From assembly GCA_963703955.1 (NCBI GenBank), contig CAVPGK010000016.1, positions 32,001 through 96,000 of the forward strand: 64,000 nt of DNA, written 5' to 3'. Of the stretch, positions 1 through 11,013 are shown piece after piece. Position 1 is the first letter of the stretch, and each line of letters starts with the position of its first letter. Below the pieces are notes generated by a model, which saw nothing but the letters and a program-made list of their open reading frames with translations, did no database searches and was not told where the DNA came from. The stretch is from Nitrospirota bacterium (GTDB lineage: Bacteria > Nitrospirota > Nitrospiria > Nitrospirales > Nitrospiraceae). Position numbers and translations under genes: made by a program.

Positions 1-1431
1 AATCTTCAAGGCATAGAGCCGGATTGATTCTTCCTGATCGTTCAGAAAGAGAATGAACTGATCACCCGCCCCGGTCGGAGCGAGAATGCGAAGGGTTCGC
101 AAGACCTCTTTTCGGACTCGAGCATCCTGATGGGTGATGAGCGGCTCAAGATATTTGGCCTGCTGTGGACTATTCAGTTTGCCCATGATGTAGACAAGAT
201 TTCTCACGTAGTACCACCGCGAGTCGTTCAACCCCTTCAGCAGCGAAGACGGATTCTGCTTGGCAAGGGTGGTCAGGGCTTCACAGACCATCATCCGATG
301 CGGCTTATGCTTCAGATTGGCCATTAACAGGCACAGGGGTTGGATGGCGGTGGGCTTGAACATGAGAAGCAGGGCGTGAAGATCGTCGAGAGCCGTACTG
401 TCCGGTGATGCGTTCAACGCGTTCTCCATCGCTCGAAGGCGCTCAGGACTTTCAATCCCTTCGAATAGTGTGGAGAGCTTGCGCCTATGCTCTTCGGAGA
501 GATTAGGACAGAGGTCCTGTGATTCGTGAAGGAGGCTGACGATGGTATTCAACAATTTCCAATTGCCTTGCTTCGCTAGGGCGTCCAAGATTTCCGAAAA
601 TATATCCAACAATTTCGACAGGATGACGCTGGATCGCTCGCTCGCCAGAACAGCCGTCAACATGTCGAGCACGTAGGTAATGTTGTCTCTCCCCGACTCC
701 ACCTCGATCTCCTGAGCGAGCTTGCCTAACTCCTGAGCTGAAATTTCATACCCGGCAACGGCGGATCCGCCTTGACCTCCCGCCCCCGTACCCGTTCCTT
801 CTTCATTGGGCTTGCGCGCTTCTGCCGATTTGACTTGGGGCAAGTTCGAAATGGGGGTATTGAACCTTTGAGAATCTTGCGGCGTCAGCACAGTGACAAA
901 ATCCGACGACTTGATAATCTCCTCCGCAGTCATGAACGAGATTGTGGACAGGTTCTTATCCCACAGACGGGTCACGATGTCCTCATCCGAATTTTCTTGA
1001 TCGGACGTTGCCCAAAGGGCCTCTAAAAAAAATGCGAGGTCACCTTGGCTCAAGCCTTTATTAAAGGATAGTTCGCGAATGCCATCGGCGTGCAGTTTAA
1101 AAGCAAGGTTTTCGGTGGGGGAGGGAGCCTGGTAGACAACGTGTCCTTTGTAATAGAGTTCGGACCTCTGAACCAAGAACAGGAGGGTGTTGTGCGCCGT
1201 CAGATGGCTGGAGAGGTCATCATAGAATTGCTGGAAGAAACGTTGAGCGACCGGATTATTCGGTCCGTAGGTTCTCGCGGTCTTGAATGTCTTGTCCATC
1301 AAGGTCAATAACTGCTTGATTGCAGGCAGTTCCGGCACTTCCTGTTCGGCCGCTTTCAACGAGAGTCGCTGGCGCGCGGCTTCAGACCGGACTGTCTCGC
1401 ACGTTGGATTTTCGACGTCCGAATCAAGCAT
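1..1431 (-). CDS. HEAT-repeat-type helical protein (truncated by window edge)
   Basis: Not in ORF track. Manual translation from ATG 1431 gives MLDSDVENPTC...YGPNNPVAQRF...LAFKLHADGIRELSF...DIVTRLW, an N-terminal pattern I associate with HEAT-repeat proteins. Appears to run off the window. Confidence 0.65.
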   Translation of the reverse strand, partial: MLDSDVENPTCETVRSEAARQRLSLKAAEQEVPELPAIKQLLTLMDKTFKTARTYGPNNPVAQRFFQQFYDDLSSHLTAHNTLLFLVQRSELYYKGHVVYQAPSPTENLAFKLHADGIRELSFNKGLSQGDLAFFLEALWATSDQENSDEDIVTRLWDKNLSTISFMTAEEIIKSSDFVTVLTPQDSQRFNTPISNLPQVKSAEARKPNEEGTGTGAGGQGGSAVAGYEISAQELGKLAQEIEVESGRDNITYVLDMLTAVLASERSSVILSKLLDIFSEILDALAKQGNWKLLNTIVSLLHESQDLCPNLSEEHRRKLSTLFEGIESPERLRAMENALNASPDSTALDDLHALLLMFKPTAIQPLCLLMANLKHKPHRMMVCEALTTLAKQNPSSLLKGLNDSRWYYVRNLVYIMGKLNSPQQAKYLEPLITHQDARVRKEVLRTLRILAPTGAGDQFILFLNDQEESIRLYALKI

Positions 1432-1598
1432 CTTTTTCGTGCTCTGATGGGGCGGGAGAAGTTCTGATTAGCGCCTAAGATGATCGCCTGTAACGATCTT
1501 TTCGATCATGAGAAGTGTCCCCGCTCGTCTGAGATTTGTCAAACGCCAGGGGCCACGGTACAATCACCCCTCTTCATTTGCCGGAGAGACCGAGCCGC

Positions 1599-2279
1599 AT
1601 GAGTCATAATGAAGATCTTCCCCTGGTCATTTGCTTCGGCGATAGCTTGACCGTCGGATATCAATCTCCGGCTCCTGACTTCCCGACTCTCCGGGAGACG
1701 CCATACGGCGCCTTCTTACAAGAGCGGATCGGTCCCTTGGCCCGAGTGGTCGTGAGCGGTGTCTGCGGCGAGGTCACGGGCGAGATGACGCTGCGCTTCC
1801 GCCGGGATGTGCTCGATCACAAGGCGGATTCCGTTGTGATTCTTGGTGGAACGAATGATCTTGGCTGGAATGCGGACCCGGCGGAAATCATGCGAAACCT
1901 GGTTCAAATGTATGAACAGGCGTTAGCCGGAGGAGTGCAGCCGGTTGCCGTGACGGTTCCGTCCATTCGACTGGACACCACCACGGACGACACACGGCAA
2001 TTTCTGCTCGACCACATTGCGCGACGCCAGAAGCTCAATACGCTCGTCAGCGCCTATTGCGCGAGGAAAGGTGTTGCCTGTGTCGATCTGTTTGCCGCCA
2101 CTGCGGAAGAGGAGACATTGTCCTTGGCGGATCGGTATTCCAACGATGGCCTGCATCTTACCACTGAGGGATACTCAACACTGGCCGGCTTGTTGTATGA
2201 GCGGGTCTTTGCCTCTCGGTTTGGCTCGCATCAGTCCACGTGGGGATCGGGTCAGGCTCAGTTTCCGGAATCAGTATGA
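1599..2279 (+). CDS. SGNH/GDSL-family hydrolase
   Basis: FGDSLT block I, GGTND block III, DGLH block V. Confidence 0.9.
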   Translation: MSHNEDLPLVICFGDSLTVGYQSPAPDFPTLRETPYGAFLQERIGPLARVVVSGVCGEVTGEMTLRFRRDVLDHKADSVVILGGTNDLGWNADPAEIMRNLVQMYEQALAGGVQPVAVTVPSIRLDTTTDDTRQFLLDHIARRQKLNTLVSAYCARKGVACVDLFAATAEEETLSLADRYSNDGLHLTTEGYSTLAGLLYERVFASRFGSHQSTWGSGQAQFPESV

Positions 2280-2602
2280 TTCACGAGGTCACGGATCAAG
2301 AGTTTGATCGAGTCGTTGAAGAGGCGAGGACGCCGGTTCTCGTCGAATTCTGGCAACCAGGATGCGGCGGCTGTCAGGTGTTGATGAAAGAACTTGAGAA
2401 GATGGGCAAGGAAACAGGATCGCGGCTGCTGATTCTGAAAATGAATGTGCAGGAGAATTATCAGATTCCGGCGGAACTGGAGATTTCCTCATTGCCAGCC
2501 CTGGCCCTCTATCGGGACGGACGTTTCGAGCGGTTTATCGGCGGGCTTGCTCGGAAGGCCGACATCCTGAAGCAACTGAATCTAGCGTCGGACGACGGCT
2601 GA
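2276..2602 (+). CDS. Thioredoxin-family protein
   Basis: PVLVEFWQPGCGGC (CxxC) and cis-Pro SLP motif; ATGA overlap with upstream gene. Confidence 0.85.
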   Translation: MIHEVTDQEFDRVVEEARTPVLVEFWQPGCGGCQVLMKELEKMGKETGSRLLILKMNVQENYQIPAELEISSLPALALYRDGRFERFIGGLARKADILKQLNLASDDG

Positions 2603-2617
2603 CTTGCTTCTGCTATG

Positions 2618-4186
2618 CTAGACCAACCCGGTCGGGTTCCTTTCGAGGGTCCGCCACTTACGGCCATCGCTTTGAATAAGACGGTCGGCTTCCACCGGTC
2701 CCCAGGTGCCTGCCGGATATTCCGGTAGGCATTTCGTCTCTTCTGATTTCCATCCGTCGAGAATCATCGTAATCCATGCCCATGAGGCTTCGACTGCGTC
2801 CCGACGCATAAACAGCGACGCATCGCCGATCATCACGTCCAGGAGAAGCCGTTCATAGGCCTCCGGCGATGGAGCGCCGAATGCGTCGGTGTACTTGAAA
2901 TCCATTTCAACAGGATGTGTCTGCGCCTTGGAGCCGGGAACTTTTGAGATGACTCGGAGCGAAAAGCTTTCCTCGGGTTGGATTCGCAAGGTCAAGACAT
3001 TCGGCGCCTGAGGAACTTTGGAGTTGGCGTTGAACAGAATTTGAGGAATATCTTTGAATTGGACCGCCACCTCGCTGGCCCGCACAGGTAACGCTTTCCC
3101 GGTCCGTAGATAGAAGGGAATGCCCGCCCACCGCCAATTCTCGACGTACAACTTCAGGGCGACGTATGTTTCAACGGTGGACCCCGGCTGGACGCCTTGT
3201 TCCCGACAGTAGCCCGGCACGTCGACGCCTCCGATTTTTCCGCGGCTGTATTGAGCTCGGACCGTTAACCGTTCGACATCGCGATCCTGAATAGGGCGAA
3301 GGCAACGCAGCACATCAATCCGTGCATTGCGCACCACGTCGGGGTCCAATGAATAGGGCGGTTCCATGGCAATCAGGCACATCAGTTGAAGCAAATGGTT
3401 CTGAACCATGTCGCGAAGAGCTCCGGACTCCTCATAATAACTCGCGCGGCTTCCGACACCCTCGACCTCACTGACGGTGATCTGGACGTGATCAATGTAC
3501 TTGTGGTTCCAGATCGGTTCGAAGATGCTGTTGGCAAAACGGAGAACGAGAATATTCTGAACCGTTTCTTTGCCGAGATAATGATCAATGCGAAAAATTT
3601 GCGACTCGTCGAAGACCTTTCCCACCACGGCATTGATCTGGCGGGCGGATTCCAAATCCCGTCCGATCGGCTTTTCCACAATGATTCGACAGAACGGACG
3701 AGAGTGGCCGGGCGGATAGGCCATTCCGGCGTGTTCCAGCCCTTCGCAGACCGCAGTAAACGAAGTGGGAGGAATTGCGAGGTAGAAAATCCGGTTGCCC
3801 GGAAGCGAGAGGTCCCCCTCGATCTTCTGCAGGCGCGCTTTGATCGCCTCATAGTCCCGGGGATCATCGATGGCCGCAGGTTGGTAGAAAATCCGCCGCT
3901 CAAAGTCGGCCCAGGCGTTTTCGTCCAAGGATTGGCGCGAGTGTGCCGCTATTCCCTTACGGAGCATGGTTCTGAAGTCTTGATCGCTCTGACGGGTGCG
4001 CCCGCATCCGAGAACGGCGAAATTCGGAGGCAGCATTCGGTCGAGTAATAGATTGTAAAGGGCGGGGAGTAATTTACGACGGGCCAGATCGCCGGACCCG
4101 CCGAAGATAACCACCGTGCAGGGTTCAGGAGGTTGCCCTTTTCCCGCCGAGAGGTCGCTGTCGTAGCCTTGCCCTGACTCCCGCAT
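2618..4186 (-). CDS. zwf: Glucose-6-phosphate 1-dehydrogenase
   Basis: FGGSGDLARRKL, EKPIG, RIDHYLGKE, RWAGIPFYLRTGK. Confidence 0.97.
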   Translation of the reverse strand: MRESGQGYDSDLSAGKGQPPEPCTVVIFGGSGDLARRKLLPALYNLLLDRMLPPNFAVLGCGRTRQSDQDFRTMLRKGIAAHSRQSLDENAWADFERRIFYQPAAIDDPRDYEAIKARLQKIEGDLSLPGNRIFYLAIPPTSFTAVCEGLEHAGMAYPPGHSRPFCRIIVEKPIGRDLESARQINAVVGKVFDESQIFRIDHYLGKETVQNILVLRFANSIFEPIWNHKYIDHVQITVSEVEGVGSRASYYEESGALRDMVQNHLLQLMCLIAMEPPYSLDPDVVRNARIDVLRCLRPIQDRDVERLTVRAQYSRGKIGGVDVPGYCREQGVQPGSTVETYVALKLYVENWRWAGIPFYLRTGKALPVRASEVAVQFKDIPQILFNANSKVPQAPNVLTLRIQPEESFSLRVISKVPGSKAQTHPVEMDFKYTDAFGAPSPEAYERLLLDVMIGDASLFMRRDAVEASWAWITMILDGWKSEETKCLPEYPAGTWGPVEADRLIQSDGRKWRTLERNPTGLV

Positions 4187-4541
4187 CGTCCACCTCCTTC
4201 CCGTCAGAATAGGACGCTATCCCCCTGACCGCGTGACCGCTAATCGCGTTGCGCAGGCCCACAAACTCTTCTCGGCCAACGAATCCGCTTGCCGGGAGCG
4301 AGAGCGCCGTCCGGGTCAGATCGATTCTAACACAGCGGATCGTGTGCGCTCCGCGGAGTTTAAAGCTTCTTGACAGACTTTCCAACCTCGTCTTCACGGG
4401 GGCGCACACGAGTTATTCCTGTACGTAGGTTGCTGACTGTCTCAAAAGCCATATTGAGTGAGCCCCGCATTAAGGCACACGACAATCTGGAGAACCATCA
4501 AGAAAACATGGCCTGATCGTCGAGCGGAGGCTCCTTCCTAA

Positions 4542-4855
4542 GTGGTGGACTACACCATGATCCGTGACCACGTGAATCTGGCGGCAAGGGCTGAAGGTCT
4601 CACGAGGGCGTTTCACTGTCCCATTGTGGTGACGGAATTCACGGCGGCCTGGCTGAGGGGAGTTGATTACGGTCGAAGAGCGGGGCGACAATCAAGGCCG
4701 CTCAGGGCACGCTTGCGTTACGCCGGTTAGGCGTGACCAAGGTGAAAGGCAAGGAACACCCCGTCATCGTGTACGGGTTGGAATCGTTGGAACGACACGA
4801 GGGCATCGAGGATCGAGGAGGTGCCATCCGTGAATTGCTGGAACTGAAAGACAGT
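4542..4855 (+). pseudogene. C-terminal remnant of a class III adenylate/guanylate cyclase
   Basis: DYTMIRDHVNLAARAEGLT...IVVTEFT, then in another frame LGVTKVKGKEHPVIVY; no N-terminal part. Confidence 0.7.
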
Positions 4856-4862
4856 AACGAGG

Positions 4863-7496
4863 CTATTCCTTCGCCAAACGCATAGCCAGCGCACGTTCTT
4901 CCGCTTCGGTTGTGACATCCCCGTTCAGTCGCGCCTCCAACAATCGGTCGAGGATCTTTCGATAAATAGGACCGGGCTTAATCCCTAAGCGTTGAAGACT
5001 GGCTCCCGTCAGCTTGGGTGTGACGCTGCGGTAGGTCGTAACATACGCCGAGAGGTGGCGACGGATCGAATCGGATTTGGTTTTGGCCATCAGATACAGC
5101 AGGGCTTCGTCCGGAATTCCGGACAGCATGCGATAGATATCGGCCGGACGCGGGTTCCGACAGCGCCCAAGGCGATGCAGCAGATCGGCTAGGCCAAATC
5201 GGGCGTCCCGAATCTTCTTGGCATACCGTTCGGGAACCATAAGCCTGGTTAGTGCTTCTTTGACCGCATGGATCGGAATTTGGTCCATCAGCGCCATAAA
5301 GTAGACCAGCCATCCATCCATAGTCCGGTTCAGATACAGCAAGTGATACCAACCCAACGCCTCATCGATCGACTTCAGAATCGGAACCAGTTGTGCCCGC
5401 TTAAGATCCGGATGGATGAAACGGAGCAGATCCAGCTCCCGGAGGCGCAGGATCGCCTTGCGTGGCTCTTCCTCGGACAACAATAGAATCAATTCTTCCA
5501 AAAGCCGTGAGCCCGATAAACGGTGAAACAGCTCCATCTGCACGGCGCCCTTGATCAACGCCAGCGTTTCCGTGGCCAACCTAAAGCCGAATCGCTGCTC
5601 GAAACGAATGGCACGGAAGACGCGCGTGGGATCTTCTACAAAGCTGAGGCTGTGCAAGACCCTGATGGTCTTCTCATTCAGGTCGCGCTGGGCTCCGTAA
5701 AAATCGAGCAGGTCACCGAACCGTCCGGCGTTCAGGCGAACTGCGAGCGTATTGATGGTGAAATCCCGCCGAAACAGATCCTTCTTGATGGAGCTCTGCT
5801 CGACGATCGGTAGCGCAGTCGGATATTCGTAATACTCCGTCCTTGCCGTCGCGACATCGAGCTTGAATCCGTCCGGCAGAATGACAACGGCCGTACCGAA
5901 CCGCTCATGGATTTTCGCGACGGCCTTCCATTCCTGTGCCAACCTCCGAGCATAGGCAATCCCGTCGCCTTCGACCACGAGATCGACATCGAAATTCTGC
6001 CGTCCAAGCAGCAGGTCACGGACGAACCCTCCCACGACAAAGACGGAGATCTTACTCGGTTGCGCAAGCGTTCCGGCATGCTTCAGCAGATCAACGAGGT
6101 GGGCAGGCAGGCGCGCCTTCATCAGGCCACGGACGTTCCGAGCACGTGTGACGGGGGTTGGCTCCACCCCTTTAACCCTGGCCCGCGCGGCGGCGAGCAC
6201 GTCATCGTGGAGTACCCGCAGGAGATCGGTGCGGGTGATCACCCCGATCGGTTTGCCTTCCGCTAGAATGGGGACGACACGCTGATTGCGGTCCAACATG
6301 TGACTTTCAATGTCGCGGAACGGCGTCTCAGGGCCAGCCGTATACGCATCTGACTGCATGAACTCGACAACGGATGAGCTGCCCAATCGGTGGTAGAGTC
6401 CCTTCTGCACCGTCTCCCTGGTGAGCACGCCGAGGTACCGCTTACCGGTCACGACCGGCAACGCATTCACGCCGTACTTGGTGAGGGCCACTTCCGCCTC
6501 GGCCACGGTCGCCGTCTCCTCAATCACCTTGACCGGTGACGTCATCACATCGCGCGCAAGAAGAGTCGGCAGGAACCGTTGGGTGAGCAGCTCAACCAAG
6601 TGTTCCTTCAGTTCAATCAGCGTCCGTCCCTTCACCGTGGCGGCGGCCGCCACGGCATGCCCGCCGCCGCCGAACTCGCGCAGCAGCCGCCCGACGTCGA
6701 TCTCGGCCCGTCGGCTTCGGGCGATGATCTCGACCTTGTCATGCATCGAAAAGGCGGCGACCACCGCATCGTAGCCTTCCATCTCGGCCAGTTTGTGGAC
6801 CGCTTCCGCGAGATCGCCGTGATAACGGTCATACGTGCTCGTAGCGAGCAAGACTTTCCGACCCTCCAGGAAATAGGTCTCGCTGGAATGCAGCAGGTCA
6901 TTGAGAAGCGTGATCATTGCCGGGTCCAGATGCCGACGTAGGGTGTCGATCACCACGTTCAGATCGGCTCCCGCGCGGAGCACCGACGCCCCGGCTTCAA
7001 GGTCTCGTGGTGTCGTGGAGGCATAAGCAAAAGAGCCGGTTTCTTCATAAAGTCCCAAAGCCAGCACAGTGGCTTCGAAGGGGGTAATAGAAAGCCGGCG
7101 GGCGTTCAGTTGCTCGATGAGGATGGTTGTGGTCGACCCCACCGACTCGATGACGCGGTGACCCGATCGAAATGTGGAAATCCTCTCTCCATCGGGCTCG
7201 GAAGATGGATGATGGTCGTAGACATGGACCGTCACGGCGGGATTTACACAGACGGTCCTCAACGAGCCGAGGCGATCAGGCTCTTGGGTATCCATCAGGA
7301 TCAGCCGGGTGATTTGGGAAGAGTCGATCTTCTTCAGCGACGTGATCCCGAGGTCATGAATCGCGAGGAAACTTCGCACAACTTCTTGAGCGCTGCCGGG
7401 AAACACCAGCAGTGCCCCCGGGTACAATTTTCGTCCTGCGACCATCGAGGCCAGACCGTCAAAGTCCGCGTTGAGGTGGGTGGTAATGACATCCAT
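4863..7496 (-). CDS. DHH-DHHA1-CBS-CBS-fused tRNA nucleotidyltransferase (A-adding/CCA type)
   Basis: HLNADFD, YDHH, GGGGH, CBS pair, VGGFVRD, DVDLVV, DLFRRDFTIN, EDPTRVFRAIRF. Confidence 0.92.
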   Translation of the reverse strand: MDVITTHLNADFDGLASMVAGRKLYPGALLVFPGSAQEVVRSFLAIHDLGITSLKKIDSSQITRLILMDTQEPDRLGSLRTVCVNPAVTVHVYDHHPSSEPDGERISTFRSGHRVIESVGSTTTILIEQLNARRLSITPFEATVLALGLYEETGSFAYASTTPRDLEAGASVLRAGADLNVVIDTLRRHLDPAMITLLNDLLHSSETYFLEGRKVLLATSTYDRYHGDLAEAVHKLAEMEGYDAVVAAFSMHDKVEIIARSRRAEIDVGRLLREFGGGGHAVAAAATVKGRTLIELKEHLVELLTQRFLPTLLARDVMTSPVKVIEETATVAEAEVALTKYGVNALPVVTGKRYLGVLTRETVQKGLYHRLGSSSVVEFMQSDAYTAGPETPFRDIESHMLDRNQRVVPILAEGKPIGVITRTDLLRVLHDDVLAAARARVKGVEPTPVTRARNVRGLMKARLPAHLVDLLKHAGTLAQPSKISVFVVGGFVRDLLLGRQNFDVDLVVEGDGIAYARRLAQEWKAVAKIHERFGTAVVILPDGFKLDVATARTEYYEYPTALPIVEQSSIKKDLFRRDFTINTLAVRLNAGRFGDLLDFYGAQRDLNEKTIRVLHSLSFVEDPTRVFRAIRFEQRFGFRLATETLALIKGAVQMELFHRLSGSRLLEELILLLSEEEPRKAILRLRELDLLRFIHPDLKRAQLVPILKSIDEALGWYHLLYLNRTMDGWLVYFMALMDQIPIHAVKEALTRLMVPERYAKKIRDARFGLADLLHRLGRCRNPRPADIYRMLSGIPDEALLYLMAKTKSDSIRRHLSAYVTTYRSVTPKLTGASLQRLGIKPGPIYRKILDRLLEARLNGDVTTEAEERALAMRLAKE

Positions 7497-7600
7497 AGTG
7501 CCCGTGCCCCGCGCCCTGAAGCCAGGTTCAATCCGCGTTCAAGTCGAAGCTTGGAGGGGCAGGTACATTCTATCAAGATCGTGCGTCTGAACGAAAAGGG

Positions 7601-8395
7601 CTAATCGATCCGTGGCGGATTGGGAATATCTTTGAAGATCAGATGAGCGAGTTGCCTGCCCAATGTCAGGCGTTCGGGGAGGGTGGGAGCGGTCAACGCG
7701 CGCTCCAGCAGTTCTCCGACAGGGGCATCTCGTGTGATGACGAATCGCAGCATATCGGCTGGGGCTGTGAGCCAGTATCCATTCAGGCGAAAGAAGGCCC
7801 GTAACAGGTCATCAACGCACAGATTGAGCAGATACTGAGCGGTTGACGGCTGGTGGATGAGATCTTCCGCCTTGCCCAACCGATGGAAACAATCGGCTTT
7901 CAAGTGAATCCTTTCATTCATCCCGGCTGGCGTCGGGCCTTGCCGGAAGCGCTGCCCGGCCTTTTCCACCAATGTGGACCCAACCGCCTCGTAGTCGAAC
8001 AGCACTCGACCCTTCCGCAGGAGCGGGGCCAGGCGAAGCGCGTGAGGCATTTCTTGCTCGACCACCTTGTGACTGCGATATCGGATGTCGAGGGATCGAT
8101 TGGAGATCCGGATGATTTCTTCGCCCTCATCCTGGCCCTTCACCAGGACGATGAGGTTAAGATCGCTGTGGAGGGTCAACCTGCGGCGCGAACCGGACCC
8201 CACCAGGATGACCGCGAGAAGGTCGGCTCCACGTCTGCCGCGGACGTATTTCAAAGCTTCTGACAGAACCTCTTCCGTGCCCGGGGATTCAAACGGCTCG
8301 GGCTGAGGCAGCGGTTCGGGAATCGCCACCAGTTCTGCCTGCAATTCTTCCCGAGTCGGCAACTCACGGAGAGTGTCATCGGAAGGTCCGTTCAT
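7601..8395 (-). CDS. Pol-beta-like nucleotidyltransferase domain protein with helical C-terminal domain
   Basis: VILVGSGSR...SDLNLIVLV (GS + DxD-like motif); later DIRY third acidic position. Confidence 0.6.
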   Translation of the reverse strand: MNGPSDDTLRELPTREELQAELVAIPEPLPQPEPFESPGTEEVLSEALKYVRGRRGADLLAVILVGSGSRRRLTLHSDLNLIVLVKGQDEGEEIIRISNRSLDIRYRSHKVVEQEMPHALRLAPLLRKGRVLFDYEAVGSTLVEKAGQRFRQGPTPAGMNERIHLKADCFHRLGKAEDLIHQPSTAQYLLNLCVDDLLRAFFRLNGYWLTAPADMLRFVITRDAPVGELLERALTAPTLPERLTLGRQLAHLIFKDIPNPPRID

Positions 8396-8424
8396 GATCG
8401 GTAACCTGCAGCCGGAACGCTGCG

Positions 8425-8643
8425 TCATTTCACAGCGCGGATCTGTGCCTCGAGTGAGGTCAACCATTGATCAAAGGGAACACCAGCATCGACGACAATT
8501 TCAAGTTTCCCGTTCGGCAGCTTCCGCACGACTCCGGGATGCTCCGCCGAAAGGGGAATTTCGACCCATTCCCTCGAGAGTCCTAATCGGTCCGTCACTT
8601 CGAGAATCGCCGAAATCTGTTTGAATGATACCATCTGGATCAT
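8425..8643 (-). CDS. Small hypothetical protein (~72 aa)
   Basis: Globular-looking ORF MIQMVSFKQ...KLEIVVD, co-directional within the ltaE cluster. Confidence 0.6.
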   Translation of the reverse strand: MIQMVSFKQISAILEVTDRLGLSREWVEIPLSAEHPGVVRKLPNGKLEIVVDAGVPFDQWLTSLEAQIRAVK

Positions 8644-8740
8644 GTCATGCGCTCGTCCGCCGAGTGCGGTCCTCTCGCCCATGAAAATAGCGAGCCGCAT
8701 TCTAAAGGGCGCTCGCGGCTCCGTCAATCTCCGCCTTTGC

Positions 8741-9769
8741 TCACGAGGACAGCACGGATGTGAAAATCTCTCCGGCTCGATCAATATCCGAAGCGTTCAC
8801 GTCCAGATGCGTGACCGCCCGAAAGGTCCTTGCCCCCACTGCGTTGATCAGAACACCCTTGTTCCTCAGCTCCGCGAGAATCTCGCTAACGGAACGGCGG
8901 CTGTCCATCACCTCGAACAGCACAATGTTGGTTTCCACATGAGTAAGGTTCACGGACACGGTCGGAATCTTTTGAAGCATTCGGGCCAAGCGGTGGGCAT
9001 GCTCATGGTCCTCTTTGAGTCGCGGGATATGATGCGCAAGCGCGTAGATACCGGCGGCGGCGAGAATGCCCGCCTGCCGCATGCCTCCTCCGTACATGCG
9101 CCGCAACGGCCTCAACTTTTCAATCGTGGCTCGGGTGGCCGTGATCACCGACCCGACCGGCGCGCCAAGCCCCTTCGATAGACAGAATGACACGGTGTCA
9201 AAGTATTGCGCGAATTCGGCGGCCGACACGCCGGTCGCCGTTACAGCGTTGAAAAGCCGGGCGCCGTCCAAGTGCATTGGGATCCCGTAGGCGCGAGCAA
9301 TGTCGTGGATCCGTTCAATGGTCGCGAGCGGATAGACGGAGCCGCCTCCGCTGTTATGAGTGTTCTCAAGACAGATCAGCGCGGTGGACAGGCTGTAGGG
9401 GTCTCTCGGACGAATCGCTGCCTCAACCTGCTCCGGGGTGACAATGCCTCGTTCTCCGCTAATCCCATGCAGCTGCACACCGGCAAGCGCGGCCGCGGCC
9501 CCGTGCTCATAGCGGACGATGTGAGCACGGCTCTCCACGATGACTTCATCGCCCGGGCACGTCTGTACGCGGATGGACAGTTGGTTGGCCATGATGCCGG
9601 TCGGCACGAAGAGGGCCGCTTCCTTGCCGACCAGGGCCGCCGCCATCTCCTGCAGGCGATTGACGGAGGGATCTTCACCGTACACGTCATCTCCCAGAGG
9701 AGCGTGCGCGATCGCATCGCGCATGGCGGCCGTGGGCTTGGTAACGGTATCGCTTCTGAGATCAATCAT
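8741..9769 (-). CDS. ltaE: Low-specificity L-threonine aldolase
   Basis: [39 protein letters not shown]. Confidence 0.95.
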   Translation of the reverse strand: MIDLRSDTVTKPTAAMRDAIAHAPLGDDVYGEDPSVNRLQEMAAALVGKEAALFVPTGIMANQLSIRVQTCPGDEVIVESRAHIVRYEHGAAAALAGVQLHGISGERGIVTPEQVEAAIRPRDPYSLSTALICLENTHNSGGGSVYPLATIERIHDIARAYGIPMHLDGARLFNAVTATGVSAAEFAQYFDTVSFCLSKGLGAPVGSVITATRATIEKLRPLRRMYGGGMRQAGILAAAGIYALAHHIPRLKEDHEHAHRLARMLQKIPTVSVNLTHVETNIVLFEVMDSRRSVSEILAELRNKGVLINAVGARTFRAVTHLDVNASDIDRAGEIFTSVLSS

Positions 9770-11013
9770 CGGCCGCTCTCGGTCATTCGTGGGTCTTCGA
9801 ACTTGTAACATTGCCAGCTCAAGACTGGGAAGATGGAGAAAATCGGCGTGTTAAACGGGACCATTGCGGACGTCACGTCGGGAAGAAGGCGCAGGTGCAT
9901 ATTGACGAAGTTGAAGCTGAGCCCTTCTTGCCAGGAACGCGTTCCGACGTGCGCATAGGCATGGACCTTTTCTGTCGCGTAAGTTCTCGTCAACAGTCCG
10001 GCCGCCCCTTCAAGTCCGTACTCATGCAGATCCGGCGCCCCCTGAATCAGGAGCGAGACGACCGCGGGATCAAACCACACTTTAAAATTGCACGCGATCT
10101 GAATATACGGCCCCAATGAATTGGCGCCGTCGAGAACGGCGCGGGCCAGCCCGATTTCCGGTGGAACATCCTCCGGCACTGTTCGCTCAACAGTTCCCAG
10201 TTCCCGTTCCTTCACCGGCGAGACCGACACAAACAGGAGATGAGGGTTGTCCATAGAAATATCGAGCACCGTATCGTCATAAAAACTGCAGAGCTTTCCC
10301 ATTTCATAGCGTAAGGGAAACGAATATCCCATCTTGGCGTACCAGATGCGGAGCGCACCCTCCAGCGGGTCGTCCGGAGTGCGGCTGAGTTTCAAATCGA
10401 ACGGCAGCATGAGATGGAACGCCCCGGTCCGCGCGCTCATGAACGGAGCGCACGCGCCCGCAAATTCCTTGTGCACAGTGGCATTCTCCGGCTCAAACCT
10501 TCGCGTGGGCCCCGAAAAATTCTGGGCGACCTTCGCATCTTTCGTGAGTCGAAATTTGTTCTGATAATAGGCAGCCGCTCGCTTTTGCGCCGTCTGCAGG
10601 AAATAGTCGGGGAGGTCGGTTTCGACGATGATGCGCTGCTTGTCAAAAGATGGCGGACCGGCTGATGAGCGGGTGGTGCGCATCGCGTCGTTGTAGAGGT
10701 CCCATTCGGCGGATGTTTTCTGTATTTCCTGCCTCAGATGTCGAGCAAGATCCGGGTCGGCATGCTGTGTGCGCTGAAGGATCTGCGCCGCCTTCTGCAA
10801 ACATTCGAGCTTGTGGTTGTAGCGCTTAGGTTCCTCGGCGAAGGCATCAGCCGTTGCCATGAACAGGTTGAATTGCTCCTCCGGAGTGAGTCCGAGTTGG
10901 TCGAGATCGTGCTCCTTCAAAAAGGTCATGGCCAACGGGCCGAAGGCCTCGGCCTTCCTGATACAGAGAGTCATTAAATAGTTGAACTGCGCGCGGGCAT
11001 CAACCGGCGTCAT
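9766..11013 (-). CDS. Hypothetical protein; helical N-terminus plus possible DUF6065-like C-terminal domain
   Basis: ~415 aa ORF overlapping the ltaE start; motifs CAPF...[11 protein letters not shown] and [11 protein letters not shown]. Confidence 0.7.
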   Translation of the reverse strand: MTPVDARAQFNYLMTLCIRKAEAFGPLAMTFLKEHDLDQLGLTPEEQFNLFMATADAFAEEPKRYNHKLECLQKAAQILQRTQHADPDLARHLRQEIQKTSAEWDLYNDAMRTTRSSAGPPSFDKQRIIVETDLPDYFLQTAQKRAAAYYQNKFRLTKDAKVAQNFSGPTRRFEPENATVHKEFAGACAPFMSARTGAFHLMLPFDLKLSRTPDDPLEGALRIWYAKMGYSFPLRYEMGKLCSFYDDTVLDISMDNPHLLFVSVSPVKERELGTVERTVPEDVPPEIGLARAVLDGANSLGPYIQIACNFKVWFDPAVVSLLIQGAPDLHEYGLEGAAGLLTRTYATEKVHAYAHVGTRSWQEGLSFNFVNMHLRLLPDVTSAMVPFNTPIFSIFPVLSWQCYKFEDPRMTESGR

